Positions 12,876-26,000 of a stretch of DNA of 64,000 nucleotides are shown here, piece by piece. The stretch comes from Phaeosaccion multiseriatum (taxonomy: Eukaryota > Protista > Ochrophyta, other classes), in NCBI GenBank assembly GCA_965112735.1, contig OZ218965.1:186001-250000 (forward strand), read 5' to 3'. Position 1 is the stretch's first letter. Every line of letters starts with the position of its first letter. Made by a program: the position numbers and the translations under genes. The notes beneath the pieces are model-generated. The model worked only from the letters and a program-made list of their open reading frames with translations, was not told where the DNA came from and ran no database searches.

Positions 12876-13193
12876 GATGAGTCCTTCTTTTAGAGAGCAG
12901 TTGGAGGAAGGAGGGGAGGAAGGAGACGAATCAGAGGGATGCAAGTTTACTCCTGCTTCTCCTCTGCCACCCCTGCCGCTCCTGCTATGATGCTACTGAT
13001 TCTGCTGCTACTTCTGGAGCTGCCGCTGTTTATTCCTCCGCTGTTTCTTGTGGGTTTTTGATGTGTTATATTTTGATTGTGAAGGAGCGTTTACGATTTA
13101 CGAAGGCCGGATGGCACTCCATGGTGTTTTGCCCGCCTTCTTTCCATATTACCTTCAACTCTCGACGCAGCCTATCTAAAGGCAAAGAGCTTA

Positions 13194-14839
13194 ATGCCAT
13201 CGCGGCTCGTGCTCTTGCTGCTGCCCCTCTTTTCTGTGGCCCATTCTCATAGCAGCTGTTGCTTCTTAGCTATGCCCGCTCTTCGCATGGCCCCACGTTG
13301 CCTCACCTTGTCGCGATGGGCGGCGTCAGGAGGAGGAAGTCGACAAGCGTTCACTGCTGCCGCTCTGGGGGTTGCGAACCGACCGGTCCTATGCAGCCGA
13401 GGCTGGAGGAGCAGCGCCAGTAGTGGAGGCCTCTTGGCGGGGAGCAGCATGGTCAGAATGAGCAGCCATGGTAGCCCTGAGGAGGGAAGGCTTGACAAAG
13501 TCATCGTCATCTCAGGTAGGTCGTCTTTCTGGCTTTGCACACTGATTGATCGACGTAAGAGGTGGCTCGCATTGTGAGCGAGGACGAGGCATTGAGGTAG
13601 AACAGATGCCCAGCTATATGTTGAAGGATCACTTCCCTGCCTCTCTTTGGCTCTCATGCATATGTGTCTTCCTCTCGCTCTCTCTCTCCCTCTCTCTCCA
13701 TCTCTCCCCCTCCCCCCCCCCCCCCCACCCGCTCTCTCCCTCTCTCTCGTGTGTGTGTGTGCGTAACACCCTTCTCTCTCTCTCTCTGCAGGCCCCACTG
13801 CTGCGGGAAAGTCCAGCGTGGCGATGGCGATATGTGAGCGGCTCGGAGGGGAGATTGTCTCCGCTGACTCGGTGCAGGTGCGTGTGCGAGGTGCGAGACT
13901 TCAAGAGTAGAGAGAGGCGAGACACAAGAGGAGGAGAGGGCGACACAGCCTCCAGCCTCTTCCGAAGCGACCCATTCTGAGACTTCCCCACCTTTGCTTC
14001 TCGCTTCACTCCTCACTAACGACTACTTGCCCTCCGCCCCCCCCGTCCTTCCTTCCCAACTGGCGACTGCCAGGTGTACAGCGGGCTTGAGATCGGCTCT
14101 AACCAACCCTCCAAGGACGACTTGAGAAGAGTGAGGCATCATCTTGTCAGCGTGGCACACCCAAGTGACGACTACACCGCAGGTGTGTGAAAGGCGCCCT
14201 CCACCCGATGATGAATATGAGCTGAAGGGACGGACGCTCCTCTCCGCAACCCCTCCCACCCTCTCCCCTCCCTGCTGGACGGGCCGGGCCTCCCTTCACC
14301 TCGTCGATCGATTATCGTACATCCTTCCCTCACCCGTCTATCCACCTCTTCCTTCCGTGGTGTCGTTCCGTGGTGTCGTTCCGTGGTGCCGGTCCTGCTC
14401 GTGCTCGTGCCCTGCGTGCACTACCCCTTGCGTCGTGCTTGGTAGGCGTATTCGTGCGGGAAGCGAACGTCGCCATCCGTGACATCCTGTCCCGCGGCAA
14501 GGTGCCCGTGGTGGTGGGCGGCACCATGCTCTACTTGGAGTGGCTCGTAGAGGGCATCCCCGACGCTGCCCCTAGGTCCCCGGAGGCGCAAAAGCAGGTA
14601 CATGCACGCACACAGCAGTTGATGGTAAAGCAGTTGGTGATACAGCAAATCGGTAGTGTGGGCACGAAGAAAGTGGAATGGATGGCAACGGATGGCAACG
14701 GATGCCTACGGCCGTGTATATCGCCCCCCCCCCTCTGTCGCTGCTCTTCACTGAACACGGTACTGATGCCCGCCACTCACTCACTCACTCACTCACCCAC
14801 TCAATCACTCAATAGCTCACTCACTCACTCACTCACTCA

Positions 14840-14870
<31 letters not shown>

Positions 14871-16401
14871 ACTCCATCACTCACTCACTCACTCCCTCAC
14901 CCACTCACTCACTCCCTCACGCTGCTCTCTCTCCGCTGCACACAAAGGTGGCCGAGCTGGTGCAACCGTTCAAGCAATCGCGAGACTGGGCGGGTGGGCG
15001 TGGACTCCTCGAGGCCACTCACCCCGAGCAGGCCAACGCTCTGTTCCCCAATGATTGGTACCGACTCTCCAGAGCACTGGAGGTGGTGGCAACGGCGAGG
15101 GACATGGAGGGAGGGGCAGTCACGGCATTCACGGGGGAGAGGAAGCTCGAGGGTGAGCAGCGAGAGGAGGGAGAAGGGGGATGGAGGGAGAGGGGGAAGG
15201 AGACTCTGAGCATCATGAGTGTTGGAGGGGAGAGGACGGGTGGAGGGTGTGTGGGCGGGCAGAGGGGGGAGGGGAGAGGGGGGAGCGAAGAAGGGAGATA
15301 TCCTCGTGGGTGGGACCGAGAGAGGGGGGTGGGAGGGGCAGTTCACTCAGGCCTGTGTGTGTGTGTGTGTGGGCGTGACTGTGTTTGTGTGTGTGGTGTG
15401 TGTGTCGTGACGCCAGGTCGGTCTCCAAGCTTGCGCTTTGACCTCGCTCTGAGCGTTTCGCTTTGGTTTCCGGTGCCCGTATGCTGTGTCTTTTGGGGTC
15501 ATTTTTCACTCTATGGGGTTGGTTGCTTGTGTCTGTGCTCGTATTTAAACCCTTCCTTGCCGGCCCATATGCCTGCCTTCTTCCTTCCTTCTTTCTTTCC
15601 TTTCTTCTTCCTTCCGGACTGACTGACTGACTGACTTACTGACTGAGTCAGTACCGGCCCATACGCCTACCTTCTTCCTGACTGACTGACTGACTGACTG
15701 GCTGATTGACTGACTGACTGAGTCACTGCCGGCCCATATGCGTCCCCCCCTTGTGACCCCTTCAGTACCTTACGACTTCCGCACCTTCTTCGTGACGATG
15801 GAGCGAATGTCCATGTGCCGCCGCATCGACGAGCGCTGCGAGCAGATGTTGCAGGAGGGCCTTCTCGATGAGACCGCAGGCCTGCTGCTCAGCGAGGACC
15901 TGAGACCAGACTCGACCGCCGGCAGGGCCATCGGCTACAGGCAGGCGCTGGAGTTCTTGCAAGAGCCGGTAAGTAAGGACGTGTCTACATGTGTGCGTGG
16001 GTTGGAGCATGGGTGGGTAGGTGGGTGCGTGCGTGCGTGCGTGCGTGCGGTGCTGGAGCTTGCATGGGGCTGGGGTAGACTGCTTCCTCCCCTTCCCTCT
16101 GAGCTGGCTTGACCCAGTTGGCTTGACCCCCCGTCTGCTCATGTCAAAGAGCATGAGGGCATATGCCCGGCCATACAGGGTCCCGACAGTGTCCCGACAG
16201 GGTAACAGACCATGCGGATATGCCCCTGTGTGCTCGGTGCTGGCTCTGTCCAAGTGTCCGACTACTGACTCCGCTCCTCCCCTCTCCCCTCCCTACTGCA
16301 GGGAGCCCCAGGGCATGTGGACTTTGAGTCCGAGTCGGCATACTTCCTCTCCTTCTTTGGACACTTTGCAGCCAAGACCAGGCGCTACGCACAGGTCAGG
16401 C

Positions 16402-16442
<41 letters not shown>

Positions 16443-17655
16443 TGTGTGTGCTTGTAGGAGTGCTTGTGTGTTTGATGATGGAGCGGTGGCGCTGCCGAGG
16501 TGCTCCGTCCGTTAAAAGAGGGGTGCCTGGCGGTGCTTTCTCGCACCGAGGGCGTCGGCTCAGCCTTTGTGAACAAGTCTTCTCTGGTCCAGGGGGGTGC
16601 GTATTCCAGGGGGTTGCGCACAGACTAGCGGACGCATGCGATCCACGGGGCCATCTGGTGCCATCACTGCGCCTGCCTCAGTTTCAGTTTCAGTTTATTG
16701 CCCCTCTGCATCACGCCTCACACCTCACACTAGATCTATGTCAGTGAAGCACATGTTGTCGAGAGCTCCTTTCCCCGACGCCGCACCTCCCCCCCCCAAC
16801 CCTCCCGATTCTGTAACGCTCTCTTTACCCCCCCCCACTTCCTGCGCACGCTCGAGCAGCAACAGCTCAAATGGTTTCGATCCCCCAAGGGAAAGAGGTT
16901 TCTGTGGGTGGAGCGCGACGAGGCGGAGCAGCGCATCACGGAGGCCTTCGCACTGGAGCGGGAGGCCTTCGAGGGGGAGGAGGGACTGAGGAGCAACAGG
17001 CAGCAGAGTCTTAGGGGTGAGTGCCCTCGGGTGGATACATGTGCATACATGTGGAGGCGTATGGGTAGGTGGGCATACGGGAAGGCGGGTGGCGAAGGGG
17101 TGGGGTATTGCATGGGCCAGGGGCAGGGGCATTGCATGGGACAGGGGCATTGCGTAGGCCTAGGACAGGGGCATTGCATAGGACTGGGACAGGGGCATTG
17201 CATAGGACTGGGGCAGGGGCATTGCATAGGACTGGGACAGGGGCATTGCATAGGACTGGGACAGGGGCATTGCATAGGACTGGGACAGGGGCATTGCATA
17301 GGACTGGGGCAGGGGCATTGCATAGGACTGGGGCATTGCATGGGACAGGGGCAGGGGCGCAGAGGGCGCGAGGGTGAAGGGGAAGAGTGAATTGAGTGGA
17401 GGGAATTGCTACGTACCTTCTTACGTACCTTCTTACGCCAACCCCCGCCCCCCCACACCGGGTTCTTACACAGATCGCAACCTGGAGGAGGGGAAGAAGA
17501 TGAAGACGTACAGACCGAGGATGCGCTGGCTTATTCGCCCTGAGGTGCTGAGGCCGCTAGTCACCAGGGCCGTAGAGCTCAGGAGGAACGTTCAGCAGCA
17601 CCAGCAGTTGGTGATACAGCGACAGGAGGGGGCACTTGACACAGGGGCGGCGTGA
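13194..17655 (+). CDS. miaA: tRNA dimethylallyltransferase (MiaA/IPPT), probably organelle-targeted
   Basis: Spliced motifs VIVISG|PTAAGKS, GEIVSADSVQ|VYSGLEIGSNQP, RHHLV, GKVPVVVGGTMLYL, NDWYRLSRALEV, RRIDERCEQMLQEGLLDE, AIGYRQ, TRRYAQ|QQLKWF. Long N-terminal extension with a hydrophobic start. Head-to-head with the Pta-N gene. Confidence 0.92.
17110..17350. repeat. 24-bp intronic minisatellite (GGGGCATTGCATAGGACTGGGACA)n
   Basis: About 9 tandem units visible. Confidence 0.95.
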
Positions 17656-20093
17656 GGCTCCTGCAGCCGCCAGACACTTGACACCAGGTACTATCGTTGC
17701 TGCAGCCGCCAGACACTTGACACCTGGTACTGTCGTTGCATCAGGCATGGGCTGCTCCTCTCCCCCCACCCCGCCCCTGGACGACGTAACGCTGGAGCTT
17801 CGGGAGGCCCAGCTGCAGCTAAGGGATCACGCATTTGGAGAAAAGGAGGAGGGAGTTCCAAGAAGGGCACCGACATTAATGGATACTGGTGGGGGGTGTA
17901 GGGAAGCAGCCCGAGGCAGCGGTGGATTAGCACGTCCCAGCCACCACTCCGCCAGAGGGCACCGCCGACCGCATCACCACTGGATACTGCTGCTCGGCCG
18001 GGCGACGGCGGGGGGGGGGGGGGGGCAGCGGAGGATTAGCCCATACCCCACCACTCCGCCATTCTGAGCCTTTACCCCGACACCGGCAATGGTGTCAGCC
18101 GCTAGGAGTATCGCCTCAGCAGGAGGGCCTGGCTGTAGCAGCTGCTGTGCCCCTCCCCTCCACACGGCCACTAGCCCAACCACGACTCAGGCCCAGAGAG
18201 AGTCTTGCTCCCCCGGCGAGACTGCTTTCTCACGAAGACCACGTTGCCTCCACCACGACGGCAGACGCGAGTGGCAACGAGGGAAGACGGGAGGGGGAGG
18301 GGCGGAGGCAGTAGACTAGATGGCCGGAGGAGGGATATGCACCAGCAGAGGGCGAGGCACGGCAGAGGAGGCAGAGGCAGCATTCTAGAACGGAGGGGCG
18401 CACATGCTGCAGCGGAGAGAGCAAGGGTCAGTAAGCTCAGTCCCGGTACAGCTGTATTACGGAGGACGACACGTGCTGTAGCGGTCCCGCAGAGGTCACG
18501 AGTCTCCAACAGCCCCAGTCAGTCCCACCACGACAGCTCGAGCACGGAGGACGGCACGTGGTGCAGCGCCGACATGACGAGTCAGCAACCTGCCTGGGTC
18601 CCACCCGGGACTGCTCGAGCACGGAGGACGACACGTGCTGTAGCGCAGCAGAGCACAAGGGTCAGCAACCGCAGCAGCTGCGAGCCTGGCTCGATGGTCC
18701 CTTGGACGTGTCTCTACCAGCCCGGCATGCCTTCGGTCCTGGAGCCCACCCAGAGCCGCCCCCCCCTCCTTCCTCTAAATCGAGGCAGAACGCGATGATA
18801 CATTGCGGCGCGCGAGACAGCCGAAAAATACCTTTCTTCTTACCACGCCAAGCGCGAGGCGGCTTGGAGAAGACTCTTCTCGCCTTGATCCCCGTCTAAG
18901 ACTGGCTTCAGCACCTGTCGTGGACCTCTGGCTGCTGCTGCTACCATGTCGGGACCGACCGAATCAAGGCGAAGACTTGGCAAAACTCTTGGTGGTCATG
19001 GTGGGGCGGTAGCACGGCCATGCGCTCGCTAGTGCAACTCCTTCAGCATGCTGTAGGATAAGAGGGAACAAGCATCGCATCGCCAGCATCACACAAGAGC
19101 ATCATGACTCTGGGGCCGCCGATAATGGACCGGAGGTGATGGGGATTGAGGGTCTTACCCACATTCGATAGCGGATAGCGGACAGGTTTGGGAGAAAGGC
19201 TCCCGCCCCTGCCCTTTCAAATTGAAATTCGAATTGATTACTCATTTCATTCTTCAATTTCTTCTCTCTGCTCACACTGTACACGACCTAAGGCCCTCTC
19301 TAAGCCTACTCAGAGGCCTTTCTACAGTTTTTTCGCTTTCTACTGTTTAGCGGCGACGCTTTTCAACTTATTTTATCGCTCGGTGTGGCCTTGATCTGAA
19401 CTTGCCGCGGCCGGAGTGAAGAAGAGAGCAAAACGCATTTTTTATAACCCTTTCGAGAGCTCTCCTCACGATGCGGACTGTAAAGCTGGCTGCTGTGGCT
19501 CTGAGTAAGTGTAGGGCGAGGGCGAGTCATGCAGAAGGGAAAGAGAGCTTCGCCTCCTGCTTGTTCTTTGCTGTTGCTTTTTTTTCCTTTCCTCTCTTTC
19601 GTTGGTCTCTGTCTCTACTGCCCTTGCTGCCCCCGTCCCCCTCCAGCTGGCCTGAGCACTCCCATCTTTTCTCTACCATCTGTTGCTCCTGTGCCACCGT
19701 CGTGCCATGCCTCACTGTACTGAATTGTCTCTTAACTCGAAGATATCCGCCTTGTTTACGAAGAGCTTGCTGTCTGCCGACCCTGCCACTCTCCCCACTC
19801 ATATGCTCGAATACTCTCCCTCCTCCCGTAACCACGCCTCACAGGCTGCTACATTGGCGCCCCAGCAGATGCATTCCTAGGCCCCGCTTTCACGGTAAGT
19901 CGTATAGTCTGCCCCCTCGTCCGCTCTTTCGTGTTCTCTCTCTCGTTCCCACAACTCAATAAAATGTCTTCCGTCTTTTGTCGTGTCATGTCATGTGATA
20001 CTGAAGGGCCGTATGTGTCTAACACACTACACACTAAATAGGGACCGGGCTCCCGCGAGCTGTGACCAGTGTTTGCGTGGTACGAAGGTTACG

Positions 20094-23000
20094 ATGTCTA
20101 GCGTCCTCCAAGAGCAGCGTGATATACTCAAAGCCCTCTTTGACGCCACGAGCGGATCCGCTTGGCCTGACAAGGCTGGATGGGACACTGACGCATCTTT
20201 GGAGAACTGGTTCGGAGTAAGCCTTGAAAATGACTATGTGGTGAAGCTTGACCTCACAAGGAACGGCCTCGAAGGTAAGAGAGACATGGATCCCCTCTTC
20301 CTAAAGAGTACGTCGTATTCTAGAGTTTTTCCAGAATGCTGGCAATGTTCTTCCTCTCTTCTTCCCCCCACATGTGATGGGTCTAGATTATTCGGGACGG
20401 ACGAAGCAAAGCGGGGCAAGGGAAGGCATGAGGCAGCGGCATGACGCGATAGTCCAGCGACCCATTCGCGTCCCTTTCACTTCGTGTACCAATGAACTCC
20501 CCCCCGCTCCACAGGGAGTATTCCAAGGGAGCTTGGAAGTCTGAAGAAGCTGAAGGTTTTGGACCTCTCCTACAACAAGCTCACTGGTTAGTGGTACGCG
20601 TACCCGTTCGCGTCCCTTTCACTTGATGTTAGTGTGACCGAAAAACTCTCCTCCCATCCGCAGGGTGTATTCCAAGGGAGTTTGCAAGTCTGGAGAAGCT
20701 TGAGGTTTTGTTCCTCTTTGAGAACAATCTCTCTGGTAAGTAGTACCCACACCCCGTTCCCGTCCCTTTCACTTGAAGTTAGATGACCAAAGAACTTTCC
20801 TCCCATCCGCAGGGAGCATTCCACCAGACCTTGCAAGTCTGCAGAACCTTAGGCTGCTGGACCTTGACGGCAATCTGCTCACCGGTGAGTGGTACGCATA
20901 CCGTTCGCGTACCCCTGAATCGTTCGCGTCCACTTGACTTGATATTAGTCTGGCTGAAGAACTTCCCCACGTCTCAGGGAGTATTCCGCCGCAACTTGGA
21001 CAGCTGTCAAACCTTCGAGAACTTTGCCTCGACATAAACAACCCCTCTCATTTGATAAGTATGACCGAAGAGCTCTCTCCTCCCATTGCAGGGAGTATTC
21101 CACCCGAGCTTGGAGGTCTTCAGAACCTTGAGATGCTGCAACTCAGCCTCAATAAGCTCAATGGTGAGTGAGTGGGACGCGAACCCCTTTCATTTGATAT
21201 GAGTATGGCTGACCTTTCCTCCCATTGCAGGGAGCATTCCACCCGAGCTTGGAGGTCTTCAGAACCTTGAGAGACTGTACCTCTTCACCAACTTCCTCAC
21301 TGGTGAGTGGGACGCGAACCCGTTTGCGTGTTCGCGTCCCTTTCGCTTGATATCAGTGTGACCAAAGAACTTTCCTCCCATCCGCAGGGAGCATGCCGCC
21401 GCAACTTGGGCAGCTTTCAAACCTTCGAGAACTATCGCTTTACAACAATAATCTAGAAGGTGAGTGGTGCGCGAACCCGTTCCCGACCCTTTGACTTGAT
21501 ATGAGGGTGACCAAAGAACTTTCTACCCATCCGCAGGGAGCATTCCACCCGAGCTTGGAGGTCTTCAGAACCTTACGGGACTGTCCCTCGACTTCAATAA
21601 GCTCACTGGTGAGTGTAAGCACACCCGTTCGCGTCCCTTTCGCTTGATAGTCTTATAGCAAAGAACTTCCCCTCCGCCCCACAGGGAGCATTCCAAGGGA
21701 GCTTGAAAGTCTGGAGAACATTGAGCAATTGAGCCTCTACGACAACAAGCTCACTGGTGAGTGGTACGCACACCCGTTCGCGTCCCTTTCGCTTGATAAT
21801 CGTGTGACAACGAACTTCCCTCCTCTCCGCAGGGATTATTCCACCCGAGATTGGAAGTCTTCAGAAGCTTGGGTATTTGAACCTCTCCGGCAACAAGCTC
21901 ACTGGTGAGTGGTACGCACACCCTTTCGCGTCCCTTTCGCTTGATAGTCGTATGACAAAAGAACTTTCCCCATATCTCAGGGAGCATTCCGCCGCAACTT
22001 GGACAGCTGTCAAACCTTCAACAACTTTGGCTCAACGAGAACAGTCTAGAAGGTAGGTGGTACGCGCACCCGTTCGCGTCCCTTTCACTTGATATGAGTA
22101 TGACCAAGCAACCAACGTTCGTCCCATCCGCAGGGAGCATTCCATCCGAGCTTGGAAGTTTGGAGCAGCTCAGGCGCATCTACCTCAACAACAATAAGCT
22201 CACTGGTGAGTGGTAGCATGCCCGCTCGCGTCCCTTCCACTTGGTGCTTTGGTACGGAACATGGCGAGATTTTTGATGAGAGCCAATTCTGAGTGGTCCG
22301 GCTCCGTGGTGACGGGAAGTAAGCCCCTACCGCCTTAAAAGACCACCGCCCATCCTCCGCCGCTCTACTCGCGTCGTGCCCTTGCCTGCAGGCTTTGCAA
22401 CGGGCACGAGTGAAGATTGGATACTCAACATTTGCGGTGAGGGCGTGACTGGCTACACTAACTTTCAGGTGCATGGTAACCCGCTGCAGTACCCGCCATT
22501 TGGGGTGTTGGAGCAAGGACGGCTCATGACGCAAAAGTACTTCCAAGACTTGCGCAAGGGTCGACGGGAAGTAAGGAGCCTCAAGGTCATGCTCTTTGGA
22601 CCGACAACTGTAGGCAAGACCAGGTACGGTATACCCTCTTCGTCACAATGTCCCTTCTAGCCAACTACGATGGGCGACAGAGGAGTTCGAGAGAACGGGA
22701 GAGGAGGGGAATTTTTCTGTCGTCATCACCCGCTGCTCTTGATTAGCTTCCAACATGCCTCCCCCCCCCCCCGACGTTTCGTCCCTTGCTTGTGTCAGTT
22801 TGATGCGTAGCATCATAGAAGGGCGGCCCACAGCAACGGAGAACAGCAAGAAGCCGTCGACGGTCGGTGTTCACGTCCGGGGCTGCGAGCTGGAGAGACC
22901 GGGGCGTTCGGTTATGTCGTGTCGCTTCTTCGACTGTGGTGGTCAGCAAGACTATCACGGCCTCAGCAGCATGTTTCTCACTGAAGGAGCGGCCTACCTG

Positions 23001-26000
23001 CTGGTTTGGAGTCCGCCGGACGATTTGGAAGGCGCTGAGCTAAAGCCGTTCCTTGAAATGCTCCGGCACGGCGCTTCGAAGTCCACGGCGCTCCTTGTAG
23101 CGAATCAATGCGACCGGTGGGAGGAGGCTCAGGGCGATTTGAAGGCACACTGTGGGCGTATGCACGCGCATGTGAAGGAGGAGCTGCGGGAGGGGCGCAT
23201 AGCGTTGGGGGAAGAAGTACACATGACGAGCTGCAAGGAGGAGGAAGGGCGGCGGGAGAAGGAGCTGAACGTGTTGGTGGAGACGTTAATGGGCCTAGGC
23301 CAGACGTTCGTAATGGGTCCCTTGCTCGAGAAAGCAGTGACCCTGGTGGGCGACATGGCAGAGAAGCACATCTTCCTGACAATGAGTGAAGTGGAAGAAG
23401 CCTGGAAGGTGAAGCTGCAGGAGGACGGAGTCGAAGACGAGGACAAGGAGCTCGCGGATGTGATGTTCCAGTGCGGAGTCAAAATGCTGTAAGTACGGGG
23501 GGGCTTCGGGGCGAGTGCGTGCGGAATTGAGCGCGCCTATGGGCTGGGTATGGTTAAGACTCTCAAGGTTTTGTTGGCGTGATGACGGTTCGGAACAAGG
23601 CCAAAGCTTATATATTGAGCCCGAGGCAAGAGGGAACGTAAGCACCCGTGGGGGGCGGGGGTAGCTACATCGCTTTCCCGTGCCTCTCTCATTGTATGTA
23701 TCTCTCGGTGGCGTGCAGGGAAAGGAACGGAAGACTTGTGGTGGCTGGAGACGTGGAGAAAGGTGCAGCCGTTGTTCTTACGGAGGCGGCCTTGTTTTCC
23801 CAGTTGATCAGTCCGCTCCTGACTCCGGCCGGTGACATCATTACCGACGGTGGTGAAGTGCTACTGGGTCGCAACAAGGTGTGTGTGTGTGCGTGTGCTT
23901 GAGGGAGATGGCAAAGAAAGAGAGGAATCAATAGAAGTTGGCCAGAGTTTAGTGATGTTGTGTCGTCCGTCTGACATGCCTCCCCCCTTGTCCACACGTT
24001 TCTCTCTGTTTGCCTCCATCTGCCTTATCCTCTGCATTGTGCTTTATTTGTGCCCCCCACCGAAGGGACTTCTGACACCCGCACTGAAGCCGAAGCGACA
24101 AGTGGACGGCGCCTATGGACTTGAACTGGACAGGAATGCTGCCAACAAACTCAAGAAGGATGGGGTGCTGACGAGTGGTTTTGCCGGATCGGTCTGGAAC
24201 GCTGTTCTTGTTCGTCACGGGGGGGGCGGGGGAAGGACTTTCGACCAACAACACGTGAGGGCTCTGCTGGGAAGGTTGGTGGACCTGGGCATCATTTTTG
24301 AGAAGGCTGAGCACGATAACGCCCCGGGAGGGGTCAATGGTGGTGGCACTGCTGCCAAGGAGCAAGAGCTCCAATTCGTGGTCTCCCTCCGCATGCCAGA
24401 TGCGATGGACAGCTCGAACGAGCGAGCGCAGAAATTAAAAAAAGCGGCAGATGATATCAGTCAGAATATGAAGGAAGGAGAGTACTTGAAGCAGGTGTCC
24501 CTCAAGCTGGAGCGCCCCCCTTCCCCCGGGACCATTGCCAGGCTGGTGTCTACTCTCTCCACCAAGGGACTCGGTGAGGTGGCGGTTGGCTGGAGGCAAG
24601 GGGCGTTGTTCGTCGATGCCCAACAAGCGTACATGGCCTTCGTCAGCTATGACTGGACGGAGCAACGCTTGTACCTGAAGGTGGCTGGTCAGTGGGAAGA
24701 AGGGGAGAAGCAGGTGAGGAAGAGGAAAGGGCGTCATATGCGTGGCCTGATGTACTCACCGTGCCGTCACTCTGACTCTCCAAGTTTTGCTTTTCCTCGT
24801 TTTTATTTGCACTTCGTCAACACTGCATCCACCAAGTGCGACTCTTTCCCGACCGTTGCGATGGGCATGCTGCTCCGGCACACGGTCCGCCATCTCTCCT
24901 CCCACAAGTGCTCGTGGAAAGAAGTGTACGTGACCAAGGATCCCCTGAACGAAAAGTGGGGGCCGCTCTGTGAGGTAAGAGAGAGGAGGGGGGGGTTGTT
25001 GGTTGTACACACCTTGCTTGTTTAGTTAACAGTTGTCGAGGCTTCTCTCGTGCCGGATAAGTGTTGCTCTCAGCTTGCGTGCGGCTCACATACATCATAA
25101 CCTGTGTGTTTTGGGACGGAACAGGGAGACCTTCAGGAATTCGGGTGTGTGCTGGATCCATCGCGGAAAGCTGATGCAGGCACAAACGAGCGGGGCCTGC
25201 TGTCTGAATATGATGTCGAGCGGCTGATCGCTACACCCGTCTTGAGCCCCCGGTGGGCGCCGCCGACTCTGGCCACGAAGTGCTTCAGAGGCGAGTGGAA
25301 GACTGTGTGCGACAAGTTTGAAGGGGAGGCTTTCGTTACACTCCGGACTTGTGTGAAAGGTTTCGAGAAATACCAGGTACGAGGCTCAGTAGGTCTGTGT
25401 TGACGACTTTGCTCTCCGGGCAAAGCTTTGTGTTCTGATGCCGACGAATTCCTCTTGTCCCTCTCTTGTCTCAAAGGAATCCCTGCAGAAGGCGCGAGAC
25501 GGGCTTCCCAACGTCGAGACTATTGAAATGAGCGACGGTAAGGGGTACCAAGTCTTCTTGAGCCACGCCGGGCCGGAGAAGCGGGGCATTGTGTATCTGC
25601 TTCACAGATGTCTGTGGCAGAGAGGAATTCCGACTTTCTTGGACGAGGAAAGCCTGCAGGCAGGAGACCGCGCCGACCACAAGATGCTCCACGTTGCCCG
25701 CACCGCCCCGATTGGCGTGGTTGTGCTGAGTCCGTCTTTTGTGTGCCGAGAGTGGCCTCTTGAGGAGATGCAAATCTTCATGGACAGGGCGGAGGAGGAG
25801 GAAGCGGCGCTGGTGCCGCTATTCTTCGGGCTGACGGTTGAGGAATGCTGGGACACGGGCAAATTAGAAGATAACCATCCCGGCGTGAAGAAGACATGGG
25901 GAGAGTGGAGCAAAGGGGAGGGAGGGGATTGGGATTGGCTTGAGAAGGACAAGTTCAAGACAGCGGACGAGCTTGCGAAGGACCTGCTGGGGCGTGTGGG

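Noticed and set aside
17660-19100. Possible gene between miaA and ROCO A (ORF 18205-18798; short tandem and dispersed repeats)
   Set aside because: No recognisable motif or consistent exon chain.
20515-22205. CRISPR-like array (conserved repeat with variable spacer, regular period)
   Set aside because: The repeats are GT-AG introns and the spacers are mutually homologous 72-nt LRR exons; eukaryotic context and no cas genes.
22255-22300. Possible extra LRR exon after the last cassette (GTGAGTGGT donor-like site at ~50144 in C)
   Set aside because: Only 31 nt between AG and GT in C, not LRR-like, and both sites are mutated in A and B; at most a decayed relic.
24714-24836. Long uninterrupted COR ORF (23832-25025)
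   Set aside because: It includes a 123-nt stop-free segment with canonical donor and acceptor, treated as an intron; retention cannot be excluded without RNA data.
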